Source: an uncultured Acidimicrobiales bacterium
Lineage (GTDB): Bacteria; Actinomycetota; Acidimicrobiia; Acidimicrobiales; UBA10347
Direction of reading: 5' to 3'
Assembly: GCA_937991435.1 (NCBI GenBank)
Contig: CALKPY010000002.1
Span: 9,840 to 73,839 of the forward strand
Length of the DNA: 64,000 nt
A model generated the notes under the pieces. That model did no database searches. It was not told where the DNA came from and saw only the letters and a list, made by a program, of their open reading frames with translations. Shown here piece after piece: positions 53,459 to 63,063 of this stretch. The position numbers were made by a program, and so were the translations under genes. Position 1 is the first letter of the stretch, and every line of letters starts with the position of its first letter.

Positions 53459-54915
53459 CAGCCGTCGAAGACACGCACAGCAGGTTGGTCGCACCCCGCC
53501 GACCTCGTGTCGCCGTGATCGCAGCGGCGATACTCGCCTTGGCTCTCGTCGCATCGTGCGGAGTGCCCATCGATGATTCCCCGCGAGCAGTCGGGTCGGA
53601 ACAGTTGTTGTCGGCTCTAGAGCCCCCGTCGCCCGCAACCTTTGGCAGTGACACCTTCGATGTGTTCATGGTTGGCGCTGACGGACTTTTGAAGCTCGTG
53701 AGCCGCACCATCGAGGCCGACCCTGATGCAATCTTGAATCGGCTGTTGGTCGGCCCAGTTACGACCGAACGGGCACAGGACATTTCGTCGGCCCTCGTGG
53801 CCCGGGCCAGTTTCAACCCGGTTCGGCTCGACCTCACGTCCGGAATCGCCTACGTCGACATGATTGAGGGCAGTCTTGTCGGAGTCCTCGCTGCTGAGCA
53901 GAAGTTAGCCATTGCACAAATTGTGTACTCGATAACTGAGTTGCCCTCAGTCGACGCTGTTGTGCTGTCAATCGAAGGCGACCCCATTGCCGTCGCTACG
54001 GATTTCGGCACCGTCGACCCCGGCACGCCGCTAACGAAGAGCGACTTCGCTTCGGTCGGCCGTCGTAGCCCAATCGAATTTCCCGACGGTGAACCAGCGG
54101 CCACGCCGAACACAGAGCCCACGCCAATCACAGTGCCGACGTGGGAGCTCTATATCTGGATGATTACGCCCGAACGGTCCCTCGTCGCTGTGCCGCGTCA
54201 GCTCGAACGGTCGCCCGAGGTCATGCTCGCCGACCTGTTGACTGGGCCTCGCGAACTGGAGACTGCATTAGGGATCACATCTGCGCTACCGCCTGATGCG
54301 TTTGCGAACAACGGCACCGCGATCGACATCAACGAACAAGACGGCACAGCGTTCGTCAACTTTGGTGCAGGTAGCTTGCCGAACCTCGCCGACGACCGCA
54401 AGCTACTTGCCACAGCGCAAATCGTGTACACATTGACCGGGCTGTTCGAGATCAAGGGCGTCGTGATCGCGGTCGAGGGTGAACGCCAAGCGCTGCCGAC
54501 CGACGAAGGTCTCAGCAAGCCCGGACAGCCACTGTTCCGGGCTGATTTCGCATCGCTTGCACGAGATCTTGTCCCCCGGCCGTTCGCCGAGGTGGGAACC
54601 CGCGTGCCGGTTGCTGAGGCGGCCCCAACTGCGTCACCCGAGCCTACAGCCACTATCGAACCTGAACCGTCGCCGACCCTCTCCCCCGTGCCGACAGCCG
54701 TGGCCGAACCGGCAGCCGAAGCAACCGCTGTGCCCAATGCCACCGCTAGCGCAGGCGCCGATGGCGCATCAACATCGCAAACCGACACGGCCACGTCAAC
54801 TCCAGAGTCGACTGCGACACCCGAGGGCGACACCTCATTTGGTGCACCTGCGTCGCCCACCTCGGTACAAACCCCAGTTGCGACGGCCCAACCCACGCCG
54901 ACAACGGGCGCATAA
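53455..54915 (+). CDS. lpqB: LpqB-like lipoprotein with GerMN-type repeats and a Pro/Thr/Ala-rich C-terminal tail
   Basis: Lipobox LALVASCG. Two similar modules (..LAIAQIVYSITELPSVDAVVLSIEGDP.. and ..LATAQIVYTLTGLFEIKGVVIAVEGER..). 4-nt overlap with mtrB. Confidence 0.8.
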   Translation: MTAVEDTHSRLVAPRRPRVAVIAAAILALALVASCGVPIDDSPRAVGSEQLLSALEPPSPATFGSDTFDVFMVGADGLLKLVSRTIEADPDAILNRLLVGPVTTERAQDISSALVARASFNPVRLDLTSGIAYVDMIEGSLVGVLAAEQKLAIAQIVYSITELPSVDAVVLSIEGDPIAVATDFGTVDPGTPLTKSDFASVGRRSPIEFPDGEPAATPNTEPTPITVPTWELYIWMITPERSLVAVPRQLERSPEVMLADLLTGPRELETALGITSALPPDAFANNGTAIDINEQDGTAFVNFGAGSLPNLADDRKLLATAQIVYTLTGLFEIKGVVIAVEGERQALPTDEGLSKPGQPLFRADFASLARDLVPRPFAEVGTRVPVAEAAPTASPEPTATIEPEPSPTLSPVPTAVAEPAAEATAVPNATASAGADGASTSQTDTATSTPESTATPEGDTSFGAPASPTSVQTPVATAQPTPTTGA

Positions 54916-54968
54916 CCGCATTCCCGTTATGTGACGAGCCGCACAGCGCCGTCAGGTACCTTGAGCAC

Positions 54969-56441
54969 ATGGCAGGACTCGTAGTTGCGATCGATGCGGG
55001 AACGACCGGAATCCGGTCAACCGCGGTTAACCACGCCGGGCAGATTGTTGCATTTGCCTATCGCGAGTTCACCCAGTACTTCCCTCAACCGGGCTGGGTT
55101 GAACATGATGCTGATGAGATCTGGCAGGTAACTCTGGCCACGTTGGCTGAACTCGCGCCTCAGCTTCGTGAACCGGTCGTGGCGATCGGCATCACGAACC
55201 AGCGCGAGACCGTGGTCGTCTGGGACCGCAAGACGGAACAGCCATTGCACAACGCGATCGTGTGGCAAGATCGCCGTACAGCGTCGCTGTGCAGCGAATT
55301 GGCCGATGCTGGGCATCTCGACATGGTTCGGGCCCGCACCGGGTTGGTGCTTGATCCATATTTCAGCGGCACCAAGCTGCGATGGCTCTTCCGCGACGGC
55401 GGGGTGCCGGTTACTGCCGACACGGCTGTGGGAACGATCGAGACCTGGCTCATCTACAAGCTGTCGGGCGGCGTCGCCCATGTAACCGAACCGAGCAACG
55501 CGTCTCGTACGTTGCTGTTTGATCTCGACACGATGGACTTCAGCGAGGACCTCTGCGAATTGTTCGAGGTGCCGATGCATGTGCTTCCCCAGATTGTGAC
55601 AAGCAGCGGGCGTTTCGCAGTCACCGGCGCCGATCTTCCGGTAGGCGCCGGAATACCGATAAGCGGTGCTGCAGGCGATCAACAGGCCGCGTTGTTCGGC
55701 CAGGCATGTTTCGAGCCGGGCGATGCCAAAAACACCTACGGAACCGGCTCGTTTGTGTTGATGAATGTCGGTGCTCAACGACCGGCTCCGGCCGACGGCC
55801 TACTGACCTCTGTGGCCTGGTCTTTGCCGGGCGAGGCACCGACCTATTGCACCGAAGGCGCGATCTTCGTGACAGGTGCCGCTGTGCAGTGGCTACGAGA
55901 TGGTCTTGGAATCATCGACAAGGCAAGTGACCTGGAGCCTCTCGCCCGCCAGTGCGAAAATACCGGCGACGTCTTCTTTGTGCCCGCTCTCACCGGTCTC
56001 GGAAGCCCGTGGTGGGACCCCACGGCCCGCGGTGCAATCGTCGGCCTTACTCGCGGCACCGGGCGACCAGAGATCGCTAGAGCGGTGATCGAGGCAATGG
56101 TGCATCAGACGCGCGACGTCGTCGACGCGATGCAGGCCATATCGGGCACCCGGCTCAAGCGGTTGAGGGTCGACGGTGGGGCGTCGGCGATGGACCTGAT
56201 GTTGCAAATGCAGGCTGATCAGCTCGGTGTACGCGTCGAGCGGCCGGTCAACCAACAGACAACGGTGATGGGTGCGGCGTTTCTGGCCGGCATCGCCGAG
56301 GGGTTCTGGGATATATCGGCGGCCTCAACGGCTTGGGAGCTCGACAGGGCCTTCATCGCTGACGCCGAGGTTGATCGCTCGACCCATCACGCTCGCTGGC
56401 AGCAGGCCGTGCAACGTTCGCTCGATTGGGCCACCGACTAA
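54969..56441 (+). CDS. glpK: Glycerol kinase
   Basis: VVAIDAGTTGIRS, FPQPGWVEHDADEIW, ITNQRETVVVWD and GDQQAALFGQ motifs. 490 aa. Confidence 0.95.
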   Translation: MAGLVVAIDAGTTGIRSTAVNHAGQIVAFAYREFTQYFPQPGWVEHDADEIWQVTLATLAELAPQLREPVVAIGITNQRETVVVWDRKTEQPLHNAIVWQDRRTASLCSELADAGHLDMVRARTGLVLDPYFSGTKLRWLFRDGGVPVTADTAVGTIETWLIYKLSGGVAHVTEPSNASRTLLFDLDTMDFSEDLCELFEVPMHVLPQIVTSSGRFAVTGADLPVGAGIPISGAAGDQQAALFGQACFEPGDAKNTYGTGSFVLMNVGAQRPAPADGLLTSVAWSLPGEAPTYCTEGAIFVTGAAVQWLRDGLGIIDKASDLEPLARQCENTGDVFFVPALTGLGSPWWDPTARGAIVGLTRGTGRPEIARAVIEAMVHQTRDVVDAMQAISGTRLKRLRVDGGASAMDLMLQMQADQLGVRVERPVNQQTTVMGAAFLAGIAEGFWDISAASTAWELDRAFIADAEVDRSTHHARWQQAVQRSLDWATD

Positions 56442-56465
56442 CGGCCGCCAACTGTGCAAGCGAGC

Positions 56466-57644
56466 TCAGAGTTCGAGGTCAGGCAGCGCGGCCTTGATGC
56501 TTCGAACTGCTTGGTTGATTCGCTGTTCGTTCTCAATGAGGGCGAAGCGCACGTGGCCTTCGCCGCCGGGTCCGAATCCAACGCCTGGTGACGTGGCGAC
56601 CTTAGCTTCTCGTACCAGCTTGGAACAGAACTCGACCGAGCCCATCGACCGATACTGCTCGGGGATTTTTGACCAGACGAACATGGTGCCTTTAGGCGGA
56701 TCGACAGGCCATCCAATGCGGTTGAGGCCGTCACAAAGGGCGTCGCGGCGGCCCTGATAGATCTCGTTGACAATCTGCGGATGGTCGTGGGCTTCGTTCA
56801 ATGTGACCGTCGCTGCGATCTGAATTGGCTGAAACGCTCCGTAGTCGAGGTAGGACTTCATCTTGGTCAGGGCGCCAACGACCTCGGCGTTACCCATCAT
56901 GAAAGCCACGCGCCAACCGGCCATTGAGAACGATTTCGTCATTGAGTACAACTCGACGGCGACTTCATCCGCGCCGGGCACCTGCAATATTGACGGTGGC
57001 CGATAGCCATCGAACCCGAGTTCGGCATAGGCGTTGTCGTGCACGAGCAGCACGTCGTTCTCGCGAGCGAAGTCGACGGCACTTTGAAAGAAGTCGACAT
57101 CGACGCAGATGCCTGTCGGGTTATGCGGAAATGACAGCACGATGACGCGAGGCTTCGGCCAGCTGTACTCCCATCGTTCGCGCATGATGTCGAGACAGCT
57201 CTCGGGAGTTTCCATTGGCATCTCGCGTACTTCGGCGCCAGCGAAAATGGCGGCGTAGCGATGGATCGGATACGACGGCGTCGGTACCAGCACCGCGTCG
57301 CCCGGCTGGCACAGAGTCCACATCAGGTGCGATAGCCCCTCTTTTGCACCGATGGTGTTGATGATCTGCGTTTCGGGGTCGAGGGTCACGTCGAACCGGC
57401 GCTGGTAATAGCCAGCCATTGCTTCGCGGAGTTTGGGGATTCCACGGCTCGATGAGTATCGGTGATTGCGGGGGTTCTGGACCGCTTCTGCCATTTTGTC
57501 GACGGTGAGTTGCGGCGATGGCAGATCGGGATTGCCAAAGCCGAGGTCGATGATGTCGTCGCCGTTGCGCCGGCCAGCCACTTTGAGCTCGTCGATGATG
57601 GTGAAGACGTATGGCGGAAGATTGGTTATGCGCCGGAATTCCAT
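56466..57644 (-). CDS. Class-I PLP aminotransferase (alanine/aspartate aminotransferase-like)
   Basis: [14 protein letters not shown]-terminus, NPTG, and PLP-lysine context [13 protein letters not shown]. Confidence 0.85.
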   Translation of the reverse strand: MEFRRITNLPPYVFTIIDELKVAGRRNGDDIIDLGFGNPDLPSPQLTVDKMAEAVQNPRNHRYSSSRGIPKLREAMAGYYQRRFDVTLDPETQIINTIGAKEGLSHLMWTLCQPGDAVLVPTPSYPIHRYAAIFAGAEVREMPMETPESCLDIMRERWEYSWPKPRVIVLSFPHNPTGICVDVDFFQSAVDFARENDVLLVHDNAYAELGFDGYRPPSILQVPGADEVAVELYSMTKSFSMAGWRVAFMMGNAEVVGALTKMKSYLDYGAFQPIQIAATVTLNEAHDHPQIVNEIYQGRRDALCDGLNRIGWPVDPPKGTMFVWSKIPEQYRSMGSVEFCSKLVREAKVATSPGVGFGPGGEGHVRFALIENEQRINQAVRSIKAALPDLEL

Positions 57645-57677
57645 AGCGGTTTCCTGTCTGAGAAGTTGGGTCGCTGG

Positions 57678-58154
57678 TCAGCTTGCAGTGGCAGACGGCT
57701 GTCCTTGTTCGATCCAGCAGCGCAGGTCGTCGAGGGCCGTGCGCAAAATGCTGGTTTCTGCGCGTCGCCGCACAAAACCGGGCATGGGCATTGAGACTTC
57801 GACTTCGAGTTCGTAGACGACCTCTGTTTGTGCTCCGGCAGAGTCGTCAGGCAGTGGCGTCAGCACATATCGCCCGTCAAGGCGGCGTACAAGGTCGCCC
57901 TGCGCGAGTCGCCACGATACGCGCAGTGGGTTTGTACCGTAAAAGTATTCGAGTTGGTACGCGGCGCTGCGACCCATTGCGGCGGCGCGGTACGACACGA
58001 GCCCGGCGCGGCCGTCGTCATCGATGCGGTCGACTTCGACCGACTTCACGTGGGTGGCCCATGTGGGATAGGCATCATAAGTGATGATGGTGTCGAAAAT
58101 TTGTTGTGGCGTGGCACGAATCACCGTTCGTTCACTCGCTCGTTCAGCCATCAT
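57678..58154 (-). CDS. SRPBCC (START/polyketide-cyclase-like) family protein
   Basis: 158 aa from ATG 58154. IRATPQQIFDTIITYDAYPTWATHVKSVEV is the typical SRPBCC N-terminal pattern. Confidence 0.7.
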   Translation of the reverse strand: MMAERASERTVIRATPQQIFDTIITYDAYPTWATHVKSVEVDRIDDDGRAGLVSYRAAAMGRSAAYQLEYFYGTNPLRVSWRLAQGDLVRRLDGRYVLTPLPDDSAGAQTEVVYELEVEVSMPMPGFVRRRAETSILRTALDDLRCWIEQGQPSATAS

Positions 58155-58677
58155 CGGTGCTCCTCTCGGCGGGTTCGGGTATCGGTTCGGGGCGTCGGCG
58201 GCGACGCAAAGGGGCTCGTGGTTCAAACGTGCCGTGCATCGCCGCCCAGAGGCCGCCGAGACCAAGACCGAACATGGGTACGAGGATACCGAACGCCTGC
58301 GCTGTGAATGGGCGCATTGATGCGGCAATGATCGAAACGACTACTTGAACGGCGGTCAGCATGTGGAATCGCCATCGGATCCCGCCGGGAATCGGTGCTG
58401 CTAGGCCGTAGATTCCGAGCACGCTGACCTCTTCGGTGCGGCTGCGTTCGATCGCTCGGGCATATGCCCACAGAAAAGTGATGCACCCGAGCAAGAACAG
58501 CACAATGCTGAGCGCGGCAAACGCAATTCGTAGACCGCCAAATACCACCGAGATAGCTGCCGCCGCAGTGAAGATGACCGTGCCAATAGCGTCGCGGGCG
58601 AACAAGGAACTTCCGTCGGCGTCATAGGGAAGCCGAAACAGGCCCAGGTCCTGGGCTCGCAGCAGGTTGTCTTGCAC
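58144..58677 (-). CDS. Integral membrane protein, unknown function
   Basis: Four hydrophobic helices. GTG 58677 chosen because the longer ORF (to 58881) overlaps the glycosyltransferase gene. Confidence 0.5.
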   Translation of the reverse strand: MQDNLLRAQDLGLFRLPYDADGSSLFARDAIGTVIFTAAAAISVVFGGLRIAFAALSIVLFLLGCITFLWAYARAIERSRTEEVSVLGIYGLAAPIPGGIRWRFHMLTAVQVVVSIIAASMRPFTAQAFGILVPMFGLGLGGLWAAMHGTFEPRAPLRRRRRPEPIPEPAERSTDDG

Positions 58678-58687
58678 TCGTAAAAGG

Positions 58688-59839
58688 CTACAGAGACGGG
58701 CGGGGTTGGCTGTCGATGCAAGCCGTGATCGCACCGTGGAGCCGGGGCGCGAGCACGTCGTAGGCGAAGTTGCTGGTGGCATGTTGGCGCGAGGCAACGC
58801 GGAGTTGGTCGCTCCAGTCGTGGTTCGTGAGCACCCGGTCGATGGCAGCTGCGACATCGTCGACATTTTTTGCCCGAGCAACTACGAGCCCGGTCTGTTC
58901 GTGGTCGACCGCATCGGCTGCGCCGCCGGAGTCGCCGGCAATTTGGGGGCATCCGGCGGCGGCAGCTTCGACGAAGACGATGCCGAAGCCTTCTTGTTCG
59001 AGCCCACCCCACCGTTTTCGGCACAACATCACCGATGCGTCGGCGCACGCGTACAGGCCTGGCAAGTCATCGTCGGGCACGTAACCGAGCATGCGCACAG
59101 GAGCGCCAGTGGCGCCGATTAGTCGTCGCAGGCGGCTTTCGTCACGGCCGATCCCGGCGATGACGACCTCGAGGGCCGGGTGGCGGTGACGCAATATTGC
59201 CGAAGCCTTGATCAGGGTGTCGAATCCTTTGCGCGGCACGAGGCGGCTGACACCGACGAGTAGCGGTACATCAACCGGTAGGCCAAAGGCACGTCGTTGC
59301 GCGTCTCGCTCGGGCTTCGCCATTGGCACGAAGCGTTTGGTGTCGACACCCGGGGGCACGTAGACGGTTGGCGGAAATGTGTCGTTGGCGACGACGCGGC
59401 GTGCTTCACGTTCGGCGAATCTGCTAGCGCTGATAACGAGAGCTGCGTTGGTGACGATGTTGCGCAGGACTCGTGAGGTGCCAGCGAGCCGCGCTGGCAC
59501 GCTGACCTCCGCGCCGTGCAATACGACCGCATACGGGCGCTCCAGTTGGCTGGCCAGAGCGGCAAGCGGAAACGCGGGGTCGATCACGACGAGGTCGGCG
59601 TCGATGTCATGAGCGACAGCTCTCGCCCGTGCTGCGACTCGACGTGTCGGCGGAAGCCAGAACCGGTCATGGCGAACGATTCGATGTTGTTGGGCGCGAT
59701 CAAAGTCAGCGGCGTTGGCGTGTGGGGACGTGAACACGGCGAAGTCGTCTTGAGGGAGCCTGCGCCATAGCTCCCACAGATAGCTCTGAATGCCACCCAC
59801 CTTGGGCGGGTAGTCGTTGGTGAGCAGCAAATGGGTCAC
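58688..59839 (-). CDS. GT4-family glycosyltransferase (PimB-like mannosyltransferase type)
   Basis: LLLTNDYPPKVGGIQSYLWEL N-terminus and C-terminal EQEGFGIVFVEAAAAGCPQIAGDSGG (E-x7-E region). GTG 59839 gives a GTGA overlap with the queG stop; the alternative is ATG 59872. Confidence 0.8.
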   Translation of the reverse strand: MTHLLLTNDYPPKVGGIQSYLWELWRRLPQDDFAVFTSPHANAADFDRAQQHRIVRHDRFWLPPTRRVAARARAVAHDIDADLVVIDPAFPLAALASQLERPYAVVLHGAEVSVPARLAGTSRVLRNIVTNAALVISASRFAEREARRVVANDTFPPTVYVPPGVDTKRFVPMAKPERDAQRRAFGLPVDVPLLVGVSRLVPRKGFDTLIKASAILRHRHPALEVVIAGIGRDESRLRRLIGATGAPVRMLGYVPDDDLPGLYACADASVMLCRKRWGGLEQEGFGIVFVEAAAAGCPQIAGDSGGAADAVDHEQTGLVVARAKNVDDVAAAIDRVLTNHDWSDQLRVASRQHATSNFAYDVLAPRLHGAITACIDSQPRPSL

Positions 59840-60882
59840 GTCAACGCGAGCCCAAGCCGCTGCGCCGCCCATTGGGCGTGTTCGGCAAGCAGTTCGCTGC
59901 GAACTGCGGTGCTGTTGAGAACCGCTGCTGTTTCGGTTCTGTTCGATTGATCGAGTGGCGAGTTGCCGAGAGCGATCAACGCGTTTCTTCTGACGACGTC
60001 GGGGTCGCGGTCAGGCACATACCAGCGCCCAACAAGCTCAAGGAGTTGAGCGTCGTCGAGTTGCAACAGATCGAGCAGGTCGAGCCCCGCGTCTGCCAGG
60101 TTCGACGAATTTCGCATAGTCACCCGGTTAGGAGGGCAGCTGACCTGGCACTCGTCACAGCCGTAGATTCGGGTGCCGAGCGCTTCTCTGAACTCAACAG
60201 GGAAGCTGCCCGGCTTTTGCAGTAGCCAGGCCAAGCAGCGAGCGGCGTCAAGCCGTCCGTCTTCGGTGAGTGCTCCCGTTGGGCACGAATCGATACATCG
60301 ACCACACGTGCCACAGCCGTCCGCTATCTCGGTATCAGGCCGCAGCGCAGCGTCGGTGATGATGCTGCCGAGAACGACCATGCTTCCACGACCAGGAAGC
60401 AAGAGGTTCGTGTTCCGACCGCTCCACCCGAGACCAGCGCGGCGCGCCGCGGCACGGTCGACCAGAGCGTTGTCGTCGAGCACGACCCGCGCCTGCCACC
60501 CATCGGCGATCAGTCGCTCGGCGACCTGCGTCAGCGCAGCTTCAAGGTCTGCATAGTGGTCGTTGACCGCGTAGGCAGCCACTGCTCCCATCGCTCGGCC
60601 CATTGATTCTTGGGCGACTTCAGTGGCGATTGGGGCCATTGGGTACGCCCATGCTCCAACAATCACGGTGCGGGCGTTGGCCAGCGTAAATCGTGGCGTA
60701 GTAGACCGTTCCGGATTACGAAAGGTGAACTGCATACCGTCGGAAAGGCCATCGAAGCGCGCCTGTTCGATGCGTTGGCGAGCGGCGACGAACGGCGCAG
60801 CCGAAGCAAAACCGAGCGCCACCAGACCCGTTTGGTCAGCGCGTGCGACGAGAGCGTCGCGCAATCCCAACGGTTTCGACAT
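59836..60882 (-). CDS. queG: Epoxyqueuosine reductase
   Basis: Two ferredoxin-type clusters, CGTCGRCIDSCPTGAL and CDECQVSCPPN, with DAARCLAWLLQ between them. HEAT-like C-terminus (RRNALIALGNS). Confidence 0.85.
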   Translation of the reverse strand: MSKPLGLRDALVARADQTGLVALGFASAAPFVAARQRIEQARFDGLSDGMQFTFRNPERSTTPRFTLANARTVIVGAWAYPMAPIATEVAQESMGRAMGAVAAYAVNDHYADLEAALTQVAERLIADGWQARVVLDDNALVDRAAARRAGLGWSGRNTNLLLPGRGSMVVLGSIITDAALRPDTEIADGCGTCGRCIDSCPTGALTEDGRLDAARCLAWLLQKPGSFPVEFREALGTRIYGCDECQVSCPPNRVTMRNSSNLADAGLDLLDLLQLDDAQLLELVGRWYVPDRDPDVVRRNALIALGNSPLDQSNRTETAAVLNSTAVRSELLAEHAQWAAQRLGLALT

Positions 60883-60886
60883 TACG

Positions 60887-62935
60887 TCAGCGTGTGGTCA
60901 TTCCCAGAACCGCTGTTGGTTCGGCAACGTTGGCGTCTTCGGCTATTGCGGCTCGGCGAACAAGGTCATCACCAGCGATAACAACAAGCGGTTGGTCCGC
61001 TGGGAAGCCAATACACAACGCTCGGACCCGGTCTGCAACCGTGTCAGCGCCGGTGACCTGGTGCACCCCGATAGCGACCTGTTCTGGTACACCGCCGACC
61101 GGCGTCGAGACGGGCGTTACGACTACCTCGATGGGTACGTCGAAACGGTCGCGTATCTGCCCGAGACGGTGAAACAATTCGCTTGGGCGCATACCCGTCG
61201 TCGCGCAGCTGCTGCGAGCGTCGACGATGGCGCCAACGCCACGTTGACCGAGCAGGAACTCGATTGCCTCGGGCGTATTCGGGTCTATCTGTGCGGGTAG
61301 CGGTGTGCGGCGGCGTTGACCGGCGAACACCGCAGCAGCGTGGTCGGGTGCGGAATCGGCCCACACCGGTTCTGAGGTGGCCCCGGCGATCGCCGCGGCA
61401 GTGGTTGTTCGAGCCACGGTGGTTGGGGCCGCGCTGTTTGGCGCCGCTGTGTTTGGGGCCGCTGGGGGTGGAGAGGTCGGCGTGACAGATTCGTCAAAGC
61501 TGAACGCGGCAACGGTACGGGGCTTGTCAATCTCGACCGGAGCCGGGTTCTGTGCCGTTGGGGCATCGAAGGGCGAGCGCATGGACTCGTCGAATCCGCC
61601 GGGGATCTGAATGGGCGGTGGCGGTGGCAACTGTTTCGCGCTGGTCGCGACCGGCATTGCAGCGGCTGGCAGGTCCTCAGTCGGCCCCTCGGCACTAGGT
61701 GCGTCGTCAACCAACGGACTGACTGAATCGTCGGCGACCTCACTGGACGCGTCTTCACTGGCGGGCAGATCAAGGTGATGGTCGTGACCGGCTACGTTGA
61801 CCGCTAAAGGTGCCGCACCCGTTGTTCCTGTTGCCTCGAGGCTCTTGATGCGCTCGGTGAGGCGTCGAAGCTCTGCTGAGGTTTCGCCGACCATGGCAGC
61901 CGCGGCGATTGGCGAGGCTTCCGATGTCTGTTGCCGGTCGAGTTCGCGTTCGAGTTCTTCCACCTTGGCGGCGAACTCGTCGCGCTCGCTTGACCGTTCG
62001 GCCAGTGTTTCAACCGCTCGTGCGGTGGCGACTGCTTTGGCGGCGTGGGATTCGACGCTACCTTCGAGTTCAGCGACGCGGCGTCGCAGCAACACGTTGT
62101 CTCGCCGCAGTTCGATGATCTCTCCGTCGAGATCTTTGGCGCGCGCCGCGTCTTCGCTCATCGACTCAATACGCCGATTGAGATAGCTGATTTCGTTGGC
62201 TCGCCGTTCGATGAGACCTTCGAATCGCGTTGCACGTCGTTCTTCTTCGTCGCGAGCGTGGGTGAGATCGGCAACCAGTTCGGTGAGGCGTCGGTGGTCT
62301 GATCGCAGATCGGTGAGTTGCATTGCTCTGGCCGAGAACTCAGATGACTCTGTAGCACGAGCCGTTTCGAGAGCGCTGAGTTTGTTGGTGACTTCGGCAC
62401 GCACGGCGTCGACTTGTTCGAACTTGCTGAGAGCGGTGGCGAGGAGCTCTTCGAGATGCTCTTTCTCTGACTGCAGGCGATGTGCCAGGTCGGTGAGCTC
62501 CTGACGTTCCGCGAGACGCGCTTCGAGCAGCGCTTTGAGTCGGGAGACCTCGCGGCGCTCTGCGGCAAGTTCGGTGCGGCCTTGGCGTTCGTTGCGTATG
62601 GCTTCTTCACCGGCGCGAATCTGTTTCTCGAACCCGCCAATTCGTTCGCTCAATTCGCCGAGAAGCTCGTCGCGTTCGGCGAGGGCTTCTTGGGTCCGAG
62701 CCAGATCAGAGCGCAACGTTGCGGCTTCGCTGACGAGTTCGAACCGTTCGGCTGACGAGCGCAGTTCGTCTGGGCCTCGGTCGGTGGAGGATTCCGCCGA
62801 GCGAAGATCGGGATCGGCTGACGCGAGTTCAGCGCGCGCAGACGCGTACTGGCGTTCGAGATCTGCGAAATGGTCGTCTACCTCGCGAAAAAGGTTATCG
62901 ACAAGGCTGTCGGGATTCTCGTCGTCAGTACTCAT
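60887..62935 (-). CDS. Large coiled-coil protein: about 330 aa of heptad-rich helix, about 200 aa Pro/Ala-rich linker, and a C-terminal globular domain of about 140 aa
   Basis: 682-aa ORF with AAGGAG Shine-Dalgarno. The E/R/L/A-rich N-half is consistent with a long coiled coil. The C-terminal pattern IVDA..., VHQVTGADTVADRVRAL and LVVIAGDDLVRRAA resembles a YacP/NYN-like fold (weak, by eye). Confidence 0.7.
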   Translation of the reverse strand: MSTDDENPDSLVDNLFREVDDHFADLERQYASARAELASADPDLRSAESSTDRGPDELRSSAERFELVSEAATLRSDLARTQEALAERDELLGELSERIGGFEKQIRAGEEAIRNERQGRTELAAERREVSRLKALLEARLAERQELTDLAHRLQSEKEHLEELLATALSKFEQVDAVRAEVTNKLSALETARATESSEFSARAMQLTDLRSDHRRLTELVADLTHARDEEERRATRFEGLIERRANEISYLNRRIESMSEDAARAKDLDGEIIELRRDNVLLRRRVAELEGSVESHAAKAVATARAVETLAERSSERDEFAAKVEELERELDRQQTSEASPIAAAAMVGETSAELRRLTERIKSLEATGTTGAAPLAVNVAGHDHHLDLPASEDASSEVADDSVSPLVDDAPSAEGPTEDLPAAAMPVATSAKQLPPPPPIQIPGGFDESMRSPFDAPTAQNPAPVEIDKPRTVAAFSFDESVTPTSPPPAAPNTAAPNSAAPTTVARTTTAAAIAGATSEPVWADSAPDHAAAVFAGQRRRTPLPAQIDPNTPEAIEFLLGQRGVGAIVDARSSCATTGMRPSELFHRLGQIRDRFDVPIEVVVTPVSTPVGGVPEQVAIGVHQVTGADTVADRVRALCIGFPADQPLVVIAGDDLVRRAAIAEDANVAEPTAVLGMTTR

Positions 62936-63063
62936 GGTGATCTCCTTGCGGGCCGCGCTCCGACGCCAGGGCGGCCTGCATGCTTCATATTTGCGGGATT
63001 TGACATTGTATGCCTGGGTTTGCCCGCCGAATAGCCACCGGCATCGGCCGCTAGCCTTCAGCG

